A stretch of 64,000 bases of DNA from an uncultured Phycisphaerales bacterium (GTDB lineage: Bacteria; Planctomycetota; Phycisphaerae; Tepidisphaerales; Tepidisphaeraceae): positions 832,001 to 896,000 of the forward strand of contig CAVWLP010000002.1 of NCBI GenBank assembly GCA_963755915.1, written 5' to 3'. Every line of letters begins with the position of its first letter. The stretch's first letter is position 1. Made by a program: the position numbers and the translations under genes. Shown in pieces: positions 32,001-39,446 of this stretch. The notes under the pieces were generated by a model. That model was not told where the DNA came from and did no database searches. It saw only the letters and a program-made list of their open reading frames with translations.

Positions 32001-32917
32001 CCGTGAATACCCAGCTCACGGGCACCGGCAATACCTACTGGTTCGGCTACAACCTCCAAAAGACCGGCCCCGGCACCATCACCTGGGCCCGCACCGGTGG
32101 AACCGTCACCGTCTACTCCGGCGCGACGTTCGAAATCTCCAACGGCATCGTCCAGATCGGCGGCACCGAAGACCCCTTCTCCGACAACAACGTCAGTGGA
32201 CCCACCGCCAGCAGTCATCTGGCCATCACCGTCAACGGCGGCGCGCAGCTTCAGTTCCTCAACTCCAGCGCCAACGTCAACTACACCGTCTCCGGCCTTT
32301 CGATCGACACGACCACCAATAGCGTGGTCGATATCGCCAACCATCAGCTCTTCATCGATTACGGCGCTTCCGATCCCATCGCAACGATCCGCGGCTATCT
32401 CATCAGCGGATACAACAACGGAAGCTGGAACGGCCCGGGCATTATCTCCTCCACAGCCCAAACGCCGACCAATGGATTGCAATACGGAGTCGGCTGGGCC
32501 GACGGCAACGACGGCACCGGCAACGTCGCCGGCCTCACCAGCGGCGAAATCGAGTTGAAGTACACGCTCCTGGGCGATGCCAACCTCGACGGCACCGTCA
32601 ACGGAACCGATTTCTCCATCCTCGCCGCCAACTTCGGCCTCGGCGTCACCAACTGGGACCAGGGCAACTTCCTCTTTGGCTCCTCCGTCAACGGCTCCGA
32701 CTTCAGCGCCCTAGCCGCCAACTTCGGCCAGGGCGATAGCGGCGCCGCCAGCACGATCTCGGCCGCGGACATTTCCGCCCTCGATGCCTTCGCGGCAGCC
32801 AACGGGCTGCCAGCGCCGGTGATCGGCGCCGCCGCCGTCCCCGAACCCGCGAGCGCCGCCCTGGCAATCACCGCAGGGATTGGCGTTCTGGCCCGGCGTC
32901 GGCGTCGGCGGGCGTGA
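29048..32917 (+). CDS. Large secreted surface protein with dockerin-like module and PEP-CTERM; almost sulfur-free
   Basis: Signal peptide, non-repetitive body, shared C-terminal module, VPEP-TM-RRRRRR; 0 Cys, 3 Met by manual count. Confidence 0.92.
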   Translation: MKISRINRGLILAGAVAAAMNSIQAFAGTSTNTSGPVQQGQSDGGTGNPSLNNPAVTISFAGQTALQNFDESPGITELAPGTSIVLHDGTNGAPVTYIAPNNNSDYVQLANPNFGTPDTSPGTPTDPSTSTEQIASAIRLEWHSEGSIDGFYDLINDEIGFNQTSGPISNEALRTPSSSNPTWINTNEFTAGGTSNGFTLDNSASDDLANTYSTTVYNQATGVNLLGGQNRVQFSVGEYPTEAFAVSGTPSPTATPGSPGYGQGNPALKTGSVLTNLGTAGGRQQFQSSSIANESTSIDDPQTDAAYAAGPWNTAGANNITSTPFAVTAVTYSANPGTGLERLNETDAQWLQTTGRLQNGALFNVVARTVDTGQRVVFAANTGVDPSWAVGSNDDGNTTSSAAGKAQDSIGASYRYDGKTSGSLAQTTISNGRMAVGALSIPEAQKATQTTPIRALDIGFNYTSSNDPTLSSYGSDNNDSNPEFVRADFNTIVSSNSTTRYQAVLISHYNTVKTPNQTALDAELTAEDIDPSNATPAQQSAAWAAIPSFDPSTAETDGTPSFPVSGIKGDTTGDVAAFLSNIVNSVGTAAAGLTPTTVNNPADNLFLNGYLIPGLLDYTRQTDGGPITPVTLSPASQTEQNEVEENYGSLFTTDGTYASNNQTIGSAPYYGAGNSTNTFNGNIPITSKSVTFTDGVITSYANDTTDGDVTDAGGNYLFGNFNQNGVRDLSAVEQANNAALSLTQVDVVEHGGTDGAFTTSGGVSNSTVIPSLDNTNGTPGWAATNTDTKGDLIVLGDYAGQGTFNGQDLYLLDIGASLTSADSTTGLNATAATFADAVRDPTDILRKNAALNYTETYLTTGFGGTNYPAASAYLLKSAAAVLEASSVPFGATSLGTDPVNGLDEFTYDPNGQYAFNPADVLREGAIDFNDAVVVDADNGDSYENQTQSLASTALTPVTGVVEPINLAVAQQVDGESAIGSADVAAVNTQLTGTGNTYWFGYNLQKTGPGTITWARTGGTVTVYSGATFEISNGIVQIGGTEDPFSDNNVSGPTASSHLAITVNGGAQLQFLNSSANVNYTVSGLSIDTTTNSVVDIANHQLFIDYGASDPIATIRGYLISGYNNGSWNGPGIISSTAQTPTNGLQYGVGWADGNDGTGNVAGLTSGEIELKYTLLGDANLDGTVNGTDFSILAANFGLGVTNWDQGNFLFGSSVNGSDFSALAANFGQGDSGAASTISAADISALDAFAAANGLPAPVIGAAAVPEPASAALAITAGIGVLARRRRRRA

Positions 32918-32993
32918 TGCCCAAATCCGCTTCGCCGCCGATCGCGACTCGCTTATCTTCTGACCCTGATGCCACCCGTGGGTGGTGGCGACG

Positions 32994-33026
32994 AAATCCC
33001 CTCTGGGCTGCGCCAGGGGGGATTTT
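32994..33026 (+). terminator. Intrinsic terminator-like hairpin
   Basis: AAATCCCCTCTGG-loop-CCAGGGGGGATTTT followed by T-rich sequence. Confidence 0.6.
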
Positions 33027-33133
33027 GTTGTGGTTGGCCCGTTATTTGTCCAGATTACTGGACATCCCTTCAGCCCAGCCCAGCGTATGATGATTTGCGT
33101 CATTTACCCCGGCGGGTTGGTCGATCAATTAGC

Positions 33134-35083
33134 GTGTCAACCGTGGTTTCATGCCAAAAACAAGGCCTTCCCTGGCTTGTTGCTGAACTCGATCGGCGGC
33201 CGGGTAAGCTCGACAAGGCAACCATCTCCCGCCTTCTAACGGAAGCCAACCTGACGATCAACGACGTTGCGCCTTTTGTCGAGCAGCGAACCACTTCCTA
33301 CGCCCGGCGATGCGTCGCCCGACGAGACAACTATGAGCTGCTCGTGCTTACCTGGCTGCCATCACAGGGAAGCGTGGCGCACGATCATTCCGGATGTCTT
33401 TGCGGGCTGAAGGTCGTTCAGGGGTGTCTGACCGAGCAGCTTTTTCAGCAGGGGCCGGATGGACAGGTTCGGCGGATCAGTGATTCACAGCTTCAGGTGG
33501 GGGGAATCACGGTTGATCCCGGGGTGGTGATCCATTCGCTGACCAATGACGCGAGTTCGCCGCAGGCGCTGGTAACGGTGCATATTTACGCGCCCCCCCT
33601 GCCGGAGGTGAGACGATATGCGGTGACTTCCGAGCCGCCGGCGAAGGTGTTTGTGCGAGCCGCGGCGGCGAACGCGCAAACAGTGGCCATCGTGGGCGGG
33701 GGATTCACCGGAACGATGTGCCTCGCGAATCTTCTCCGGCTCGAGAAGGAAAGCCGGTTGCCGATGCATATCGTGCTGATCGATCGGCTGCCGGCGATTG
33801 GCGAGGGAGTTGCCTACCGAACCAACGACGGACGGCACTTGCTCAACGTCCCGGCAGGACGAATGAGCGCGTGGGCGGATCGTCCGGATGATTTCCTCCA
33901 GTTTATGCGCTCGAAGGGCCCGTCTGTAAACCCCGGCGATTTCGTTTCCCGGAAATTCTTCGGACAATACGTCCGCGAGAATCTGCTGAAGCTCGCGGAA
34001 ACAGCCGGCGAGCAGGTGAGCGTTGAAATCATTCGCGATGACGCCACTCAATTGAATCCCCAAACCGACGGGGCGTGGCGGATTGAAACAGCCGGGGGCA
34101 GAACGATCGATGCGAACCTGGCGATTCTGACGATCGGCCATCGCCCTCCTGACGATCCGTTTGGCTCGCGATGGACGGGGCTGCGGAATCGGTTCGTGGC
34201 CGATCCGTGGGCCGCGCTGGTGCTGAGCCAGATCGGGCCCAACGAGCCGGTGCTGCTGCTCGGCAGCGGATTGACGGCCGTGGATGCGATATTGACGCTG
34301 GACCGCGCCGACCGCGTCGCGCCGCTGATAACCGTCTCGCGGCGCGGGCTGATGCCGCTGCCGCATACGCGCGAGCCTCGGGCGGCGGCGGATTTGTCGG
34401 AGCTGACTGGCCAGTGGCTTGATCCATCGGCGCCGCTGACGATTCGTGAACTGGTTGACACCCTGCGGCGGCATACCGCCCTTGCGGCGCAGAATGGAAC
34501 CGATTGGCGGCAAATGATCGATGGCCTCCGCCCCGCGATTTCGCAACTGTGGGGCAGGCTTTCCTCGCCACAGCGATCGCGATTTTTGCGGCACGTCCGG
34601 CCATTTTGGGAAGTTCACCGTCATCGAATGGCGCCGGATGTCGCGGACACAATCAAAAAGCTTCGAGAGAAACGGACGCTCGAAGTCGTGGCCGGATCGG
34701 TTGTTTCCGCCCGGGCGGATGGCGAAGGCGTCGACGTCGCGGTCGCTTGCCGCGGAAATTCCTCGGTCCGCAACCTGCGCGTTTCATGGGTGGTGAACTG
34801 CACCGGGCCGGGGGCACATAACCGCCATTCCACCCATCCGCTTTTGCGACCGCTGCTGGAGCGGGGCACCGTCTGCAACGATGAGTTTGATTTGGGATTG
34901 CTGACCGATTCGGTTGGGCACGCGAGAGATGCCCAGGGGAATATGCTGCGGACGCTGCTCATCGCTGGGACCCTGCGGAAATCGACGTTGTGGGAGTCGA
35001 CGGCCGTCCCGGAATTGCGGCTGCAAGCCCAAACAGTTGCCAAAGCTGCGCTCGATAGCCTCACCAACCTCGCCACACGCTGA
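33134..35083 (+). CDS. Cysteine dioxygenase-type cupin fused to FAD/NAD(P)-binding (YdhS/NAD_binding_9-type) oxidoreductase
   Basis: YARR, LTWLPSQGSVAHDH, IHSL, VTVHIYAPP (CDO); IVGGGFTG, GVAY..HLLNVPAGRMSA, GSGLTAVD, VHRHRMAP, NCTGP, WESTAVPELR; GTG start inferred. Confidence 0.88.
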   Translation: MSTVVSCQKQGLPWLVAELDRRPGKLDKATISRLLTEANLTINDVAPFVEQRTTSYARRCVARRDNYELLVLTWLPSQGSVAHDHSGCLCGLKVVQGCLTEQLFQQGPDGQVRRISDSQLQVGGITVDPGVVIHSLTNDASSPQALVTVHIYAPPLPEVRRYAVTSEPPAKVFVRAAAANAQTVAIVGGGFTGTMCLANLLRLEKESRLPMHIVLIDRLPAIGEGVAYRTNDGRHLLNVPAGRMSAWADRPDDFLQFMRSKGPSVNPGDFVSRKFFGQYVRENLLKLAETAGEQVSVEIIRDDATQLNPQTDGAWRIETAGGRTIDANLAILTIGHRPPDDPFGSRWTGLRNRFVADPWAALVLSQIGPNEPVLLLGSGLTAVDAILTLDRADRVAPLITVSRRGLMPLPHTREPRAAADLSELTGQWLDPSAPLTIRELVDTLRRHTALAAQNGTDWRQMIDGLRPAISQLWGRLSSPQRSRFLRHVRPFWEVHRHRMAPDVADTIKKLREKRTLEVVAGSVVSARADGEGVDVAVACRGNSSVRNLRVSWVVNCTGPGAHNRHSTHPLLRPLLERGTVCNDEFDLGLLTDSVGHARDAQGNMLRTLLIAGTLRKSTLWESTAVPELRLQAQTVAKAALDSLTNLATR

Positions 35084-35231
35084 GCCCGTTCCGTTCTCTC
35101 GACAAATTGGTGATCGTCCCGCGTTTCCTCAGGGCGGAACGCGTTCGAATTTCGGTCGTTCATACCCCCGATATTTGTTGACAGCCCCGGCATTTCCATG
35201 AACATGCCTACGTCATATGGCGGGAGGAAAC

Positions 35232-35732
35232 ATGAGGATTGCCCGGCGGCTGTTGCAAACCCTCTCGGCCCTGTCACTGTTGGTGTTTGTCTCAACCCTG
35301 ACGCTCTGGGGACGTAGTTTTTTCGTCCGGGACGAATTCATTAGGCAGCATAGCGGCATTCAGCAGATGTGGGATTCTGACTGTGGGAGAATTCACTTCG
35401 GGATATTCGGCATCACGCCCGACAATGGCAATAACTGTGACTGGACCTGGGACGATAACGCGGCGCCGGGGAACACCGTTCCGCTGGCCGCATGCTCTTG
35501 GGTGCACGCGCACTTCGGAATCGGTTGGGACGTGTGCGGGTCACTCATGTGTCGAACGGCTACAGCTCGATTTCACGTCGTAGGCCGCGAGTGGTGGGTG
35601 CCATACTGGTTAGTCGCGCTGCTCGCCCTGCCGTTCGCGATGATTCTCCCGCTTCAGGTCCTTCCGTCCCTCAGACTCGCCCTGGAATGCCGGCGCAATC
35701 GAGCCGGTGGATTCCCGTTGTACCCGTTGTAA
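35232..35732 (+). CDS. Hypothetical two-TM membrane protein
   Basis: GGAGG RBS; LSLL...LWGRS N-terminal TM and VPYWLV C-terminal TM. Confidence 0.65.
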   Translation: MRIARRLLQTLSALSLLVFVSTLTLWGRSFFVRDEFIRQHSGIQQMWDSDCGRIHFGIFGITPDNGNNCDWTWDDNAAPGNTVPLAACSWVHAHFGIGWDVCGSLMCRTATARFHVVGREWWVPYWLVALLALPFAMILPLQVLPSLRLALECRRNRAGGFPLYPL

Positions 35733-35778
35733 GAACTGAAGCCCCTGAAAACTCTCTACGACCGCATCCTTCTCACGA

Positions 35779-35801
35779 ATTCCTATAGGATTAGTGTAAA
35801 T
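35779..35801 (+). promoter_or_regulatory. Candidate operator, copy C
   Basis: ATTCCTATAGGATTAGTGTAAAT, ~190 nt upstream of the Met/Cys-rich gene. Confidence 0.5.
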
Positions 35802-35992
35802 TTAAATATTTGAAAATAAAGGAGTTGCGGTGTTTCGCGGCGCATGATCGCTTAGACAAAGCGATAAAAAGGCTTGTCTCTGGAGAAGGCGCCTTGCTAC
35901 GGTGGGTCTGTCGAAAATTCGCCGCAGCGTGCGCGAGTTTTACAAGCAAAGGCCGCCGGCAATCGCGACCGGCCAAAACACGAGAGGAAGCC

Positions 35993-36271
35993 ATGAACAC
36001 AACAATGACCAGCGAGAGAATGATGAGCATGGGAATGGGAAACATGGGCGGCATGATGGGAATGCCCATGATGGGGCGCATGGGCATGAGCTCCGAAGCC
36101 GGCAGCATGCCGGGCATGATGATCCCCCGTTGCACGATGAAGATAGAGAAGTGTCCCGGCGGAATGAAAATGACCTGCATGTGCGACGACAAAACCGCCG
36201 CGATGATGATGCCCGGCATGACCTGCTGCATGATGATGAACGGAATGCCGGTCTGCTGCTGTGTGTGCTGA
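35993..36271 (+). CDS. Extremely Met/Cys-rich small protein (candidate sulfur-storage or metallothionein-like)
   Basis: GAGG RBS; 92 aa with 29 Met + 10 Cys by manual count; ends ...MPVCCCVC*. Confidence 0.8.
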   Translation: MNTTMTSERMMSMGMGNMGGMMGMPMMGRMGMSSEAGSMPGMMIPRCTMKIEKCPGGMKMTCMCDDKTAAMMMPGMTCCMMMNGMPVCCCVC

Positions 36272-36323
36272 ACCCATCAATGTAAAATCGGCTGGATAGC
36301 CTTAAGAAAAAGCTTGCCGAACG

Positions 36324-36385
36324 GGCTGCCGGTTTATTAGACTCGTCGCCCCCGAGTAACGTATGAACCGGCAGCCTTCTTTTTT
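36324..36385 (+). terminator. Intrinsic terminator-like hairpin
   Basis: GGCTGCCGGTTTAT ... ATGAACCGGCAGCC then TTCTTTTTT. Confidence 0.65.
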
Positions 36386-36409
36386 CCACTTGTTTCTGAA
36401 ATTCGCCGC

Positions 36410-36564
36410 TTCCTGGGCAGCGTGTTGTTGCTGATCCGACCTGTCCGCGCATCGCGGAGTTGAAGTTCCGTTCAGATTTAATGTCCTATTCCCCGGAGCG
36501 GCCAATTCACCTGACGGTTCCTGCTCCGCTTCCGGCGGGGGTACGCGGCACAAGCGTTCCCCCG
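36410..36564 (+). ncRNA. Structured RNA, 6S RNA-like candidate
   Basis: Ends pair (GGGCAGCGTGTTG with CGGCACAAGCGTTCCC, G-U pairs on + strand); internal hairpin CCGGAGCGG/CCGCTTCCGG. Confidence 0.4.
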
Positions 36565-36569
36565 CAAAC

Positions 36570-36641
36570 GACCATGTGGCCGAGTGGTTCAGGCCCGGGC
36601 CTGCAAAGCCCGGTACGTGGGTTCAATTCCCGCCATGGTCT
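36570..36641 (+). tRNA. tRNA-Cys (anticodon GCA), no encoded CCA
   Basis: GACCATG/CATGGTC acceptor stem, CGGGC-CTGCAAA-GCCCG anticodon arm, GGTTCAATTCC T-arm, U73 discriminator. Confidence 0.95.
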
Positions 36642-36688
36642 CTAAGATGTCCCCTTTCACACTTTTCACACGTTCACACTTTCCCCCC

Positions 36689-37683
36689 TCACTCCGCTTT
36701 GGACTCCCGCGTCATCAGCGTCGTCAGCGCCCGAATCACATCCATCCCCTCAAACAAAACCGCATGCACCGCCTCGGTGATCGGCATCTCGACCTTGTAA
36801 CGCACCGAAAGCTCGCGCACGCTGCGCGTGGTCGGCACGCCCTCGGCCACCGAGTCCATCGCACCCAGGACATCCTGCAATTTTCGCCCTTTCCCGATCT
36901 GCTCCCCCACCGTCCGGTTGCGCCCTTCGGGGCTTACGCAGGTGGTGATCAGGTCGCCGAGACCGGCGAGGCCTTGAAACGTCGACTCCGCCGCCCCCAT
37001 CGCCATCCCCAGCCGCGTGATCTCCACGAGCCCGCGCGTGACCAGCGCCGCCTTGGCGTTGTTCCCGGCGGCCAGCCCGTCGAGGATTCCCGCGGCGATG
37101 GCGATGATGTTCTTGGTCGCCCCCGCCAGCTCCGTACCGATCACGTCGGAGTTGGTGTAGACGCGGAACCACTGCGTGGAAAAGACGCTCTGGATCCGTT
37201 TGGCGAATTCGTCATCCTCCGCGGCCGCGACCGCGGTGGCGGGGAGATACCGCGCCAGCTCGGCGGCGATGTTCGGCCCCGAAAGCGCGGCCAGCTTTCG
37301 CCCCCGCCCCACCACATCGGAAATAATCTGCGTCGGCCGAAGCAGCGTCTGATTCTCAATCCCCTTCGCCACCGAAATGATCGACACCCCCGCGGGAACA
37401 AAATTCGATAGCCGCTTCCAGACGCTGCGCATGTATTGGGTGGGAACGGCCGAAAGGACCAGCGTTGCGCCGTCGAAGCATTCCGCGTCATTCGCCGTCA
37501 GGCGCACATTTTGTGGCAGCTTGACGCCCGGCAGCAGCCGCTGGTTTTCGCGGTTCTGGATCAGCCGGTTGATCGATTCCTCGAATACGCCCCAGAGCGT
37601 AACCTCATGCCCCTCCTGCGTGAGCAGCAGGCGCAAACCGTGGCCATCGCGCCGTCGCCGATGATCGTGACGCGTTCGGACAT
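36689..37683 (-). CDS. gpsA: NAD(P)H-dependent glycerol-3-phosphate dehydrogenase (frameshift near 5' end)
   Basis: MSERVTIIGDGAMAT, VAKGIE, LSGPNIA, GATKNIIAI, GLAGLGDL, GRNR, AEGV. Confidence 0.95.
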
Positions 37684-37693
37684 GGGCGGCATC

Positions 37694-39351
37694 TTATGAT
37701 TGCCTGTTGCCTATTGCCAATTTGGAAATGCTGTCCTCGAGCCCGCCAGGCCGATTGCGCCAGCCAGCAGCGGCGATGCGATTCAATCATCTCCCCCCCA
37801 TCGCCCGCGGAATGATCGCAGGCATATTCGAGCATCGCCGCGGCGTTGACGAATTCGACTTTGATCGTTGCGGCGTCGGGTACATTGAGACTGGCTTTGG
37901 AAAACCCGCGCATGGCGGATTGAATCGCCGCGCGCGCGGCTTGGAGATTCCCGGGTGTAATGCCTTCCATCGGATCTTTATGGGCGGAGCCCGGCACCAG
38001 AATATTGAACAGTGCCGAGCGATTGGGGATCAGCTTGCCGACAGATTTATAGACGTTGCCGAGATCGAGGGCGATTTGGCCGGCGACGGAGGCGGCGTCT
38101 TTGAAGGCGTAAAGATCGAGAAGGCGAGCGAGGGGAAGGTTGCGATTGGAATCGAGGCACCAACTGAGAGCCGCGCCGGCGGCGAAGCCGGGGTAGCTGA
38201 AGGGGAGATACTGGAGGTGGCCGTGGTCGCCCCAGTCGGTGTTGAGATAGCCGGCGGCGCCGTGGGCGAGGCCGGCGGTCGCGGCGGAGAGCTGATTGGC
38301 GAGCATGTTGTCCGTTCGGCCCGCGATGCTGCACCAGGAACTTGAGCCGGGACAGACGTAAAATTCCTTGCCACTTTGAGCGAGGACGCCGCACTGCTCG
38401 TCGAATGGGTGGTCGGCTTCGTACCCCCAGAGAAGGGCAATCGCGTCCTTTGGCAATTGCGGCAGCAGCGACGGTTCTTTGATGATGATGTCGCCCCAGA
38501 ACATCATCCGGCGGTTGTGGGACTGGACGAGGCGGTGGACGGAATTGAGGAAATCGAGATAGACCTGGTGGACGCCGACGCGATCGCACTGCGCGCGGCT
38601 GCGGCCCTGGCCGATGTCGAAGGTTTCGTCGCAGCCGACGTTGAAGAGCGGGCTGGAAAAATTGGGGAGGAGCTGGGCGTAGAGATCGGAAAGGAGGTCG
38701 AGCGAGCGCGGGTCGGTGGGACAGAGACTGAAGGGGCCTTTCCAGCGGAAGCCCCAGGGGGTTTCGGCGCCGCCCTGGGCTTCAGCGAGAGGGAGATAGC
38801 GCGGGTGGCGGAGCCAGCGCTCCATGTGGCCGAAACTGTTTTGATTCGGGACGAAGTCGATAAAGCGCGATTTGCAATATGTGTCAAGGACGAGGAGTTC
38901 ATCGGCGGTCAGTGGTGACGCGTTTTGCCAGACCTCTTCGTGGCCGCGGTAGGCGAAGGTGTGCTCGAGGTAGAGCTGGAGATGGTTGATTTTCCAGCTT
39001 GCCAGGAGATCGATGAGGGAGAAGAGAGTGGACATGGTGGGGACTTTGTCGCGGCTGATGTCGAGCATGACGCCGCGGACGGGGAAGTCGGGTGAGTCCT
39101 CGATTTCGAGGCAGGGAATGGCGGCGGGATAGAGGGATCGAAGCTGCGAGAGAGTCTGGCGGGCGTAGAAGATGGCGGCGGGGTCGTGGGCGATCATTTG
39201 GGAGGAATTGGGAGTAATTGAGAGGCGGTAGCCCTGGGGGGGGAGGGCGGGAGTCGAGATGTTCGACCACCGGCGCGGTGGAGGAGCCGGGGGTGCGGGT
39301 GAGTTTTCGGGGGTGGGGGAGGAGGGGAATCGGGTCCGTCTCATGGAGCAT
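37694..39351 (-). CDS. GH20 beta-N-acetylhexosaminidase-like glycoside hydrolase (frameshifts)
   Basis: RGVMLDISRDKVP, NSFGHM, NVGCDET catalytic DE, MFWGD, LNTDWGDHGH. Confidence 0.9.
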
Positions 39352-39384
39352 GAGACTGAGTGTAACCGAAGATTTTTTACACGG

Positions 39385-39424
39385 CCCTCACCCCTGCCCT
39401 CTCCCGGATTACCGGGAGAGGGGG
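39385..39424. repeat. REP-like element
   Basis: CCCTCACCCC..CCCTCTCCCGG-ATTA-CCGGGAGAGGG hairpin in intergenic space. Confidence 0.8.
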
Positions 39425-39446
39425 AAGAGAGGCGAATCTCGGCTTA

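Noticed and set aside
17200-32800. Diversity-generating retroelement behind the repeated C-terminal tracts
   Set aside because: No reverse transcriptase; differences are mostly synonymous and not adenine-specific
32969-33133. Upstream 55-codon extension of the CDO fusion ORF
   Set aside because: Overlaps a terminator hairpin and looks non-coding; GTG at 33134 is a more plausible start
35897-36280. His-rich 127-aa minus-strand ORF as a metal-binding protein
   Set aside because: Its CAT codons are the reverse complement of the ATG codons of the Met-rich gene, which has the RBS and terminator
36453-36476. tRNA-Sec-like UCA loop on the minus strand (CGGA-ACTTCAAC-TCCG)
   Set aside because: 8-nt loop, no valid T-arm or acceptor stem; wobble pairs favour the + strand
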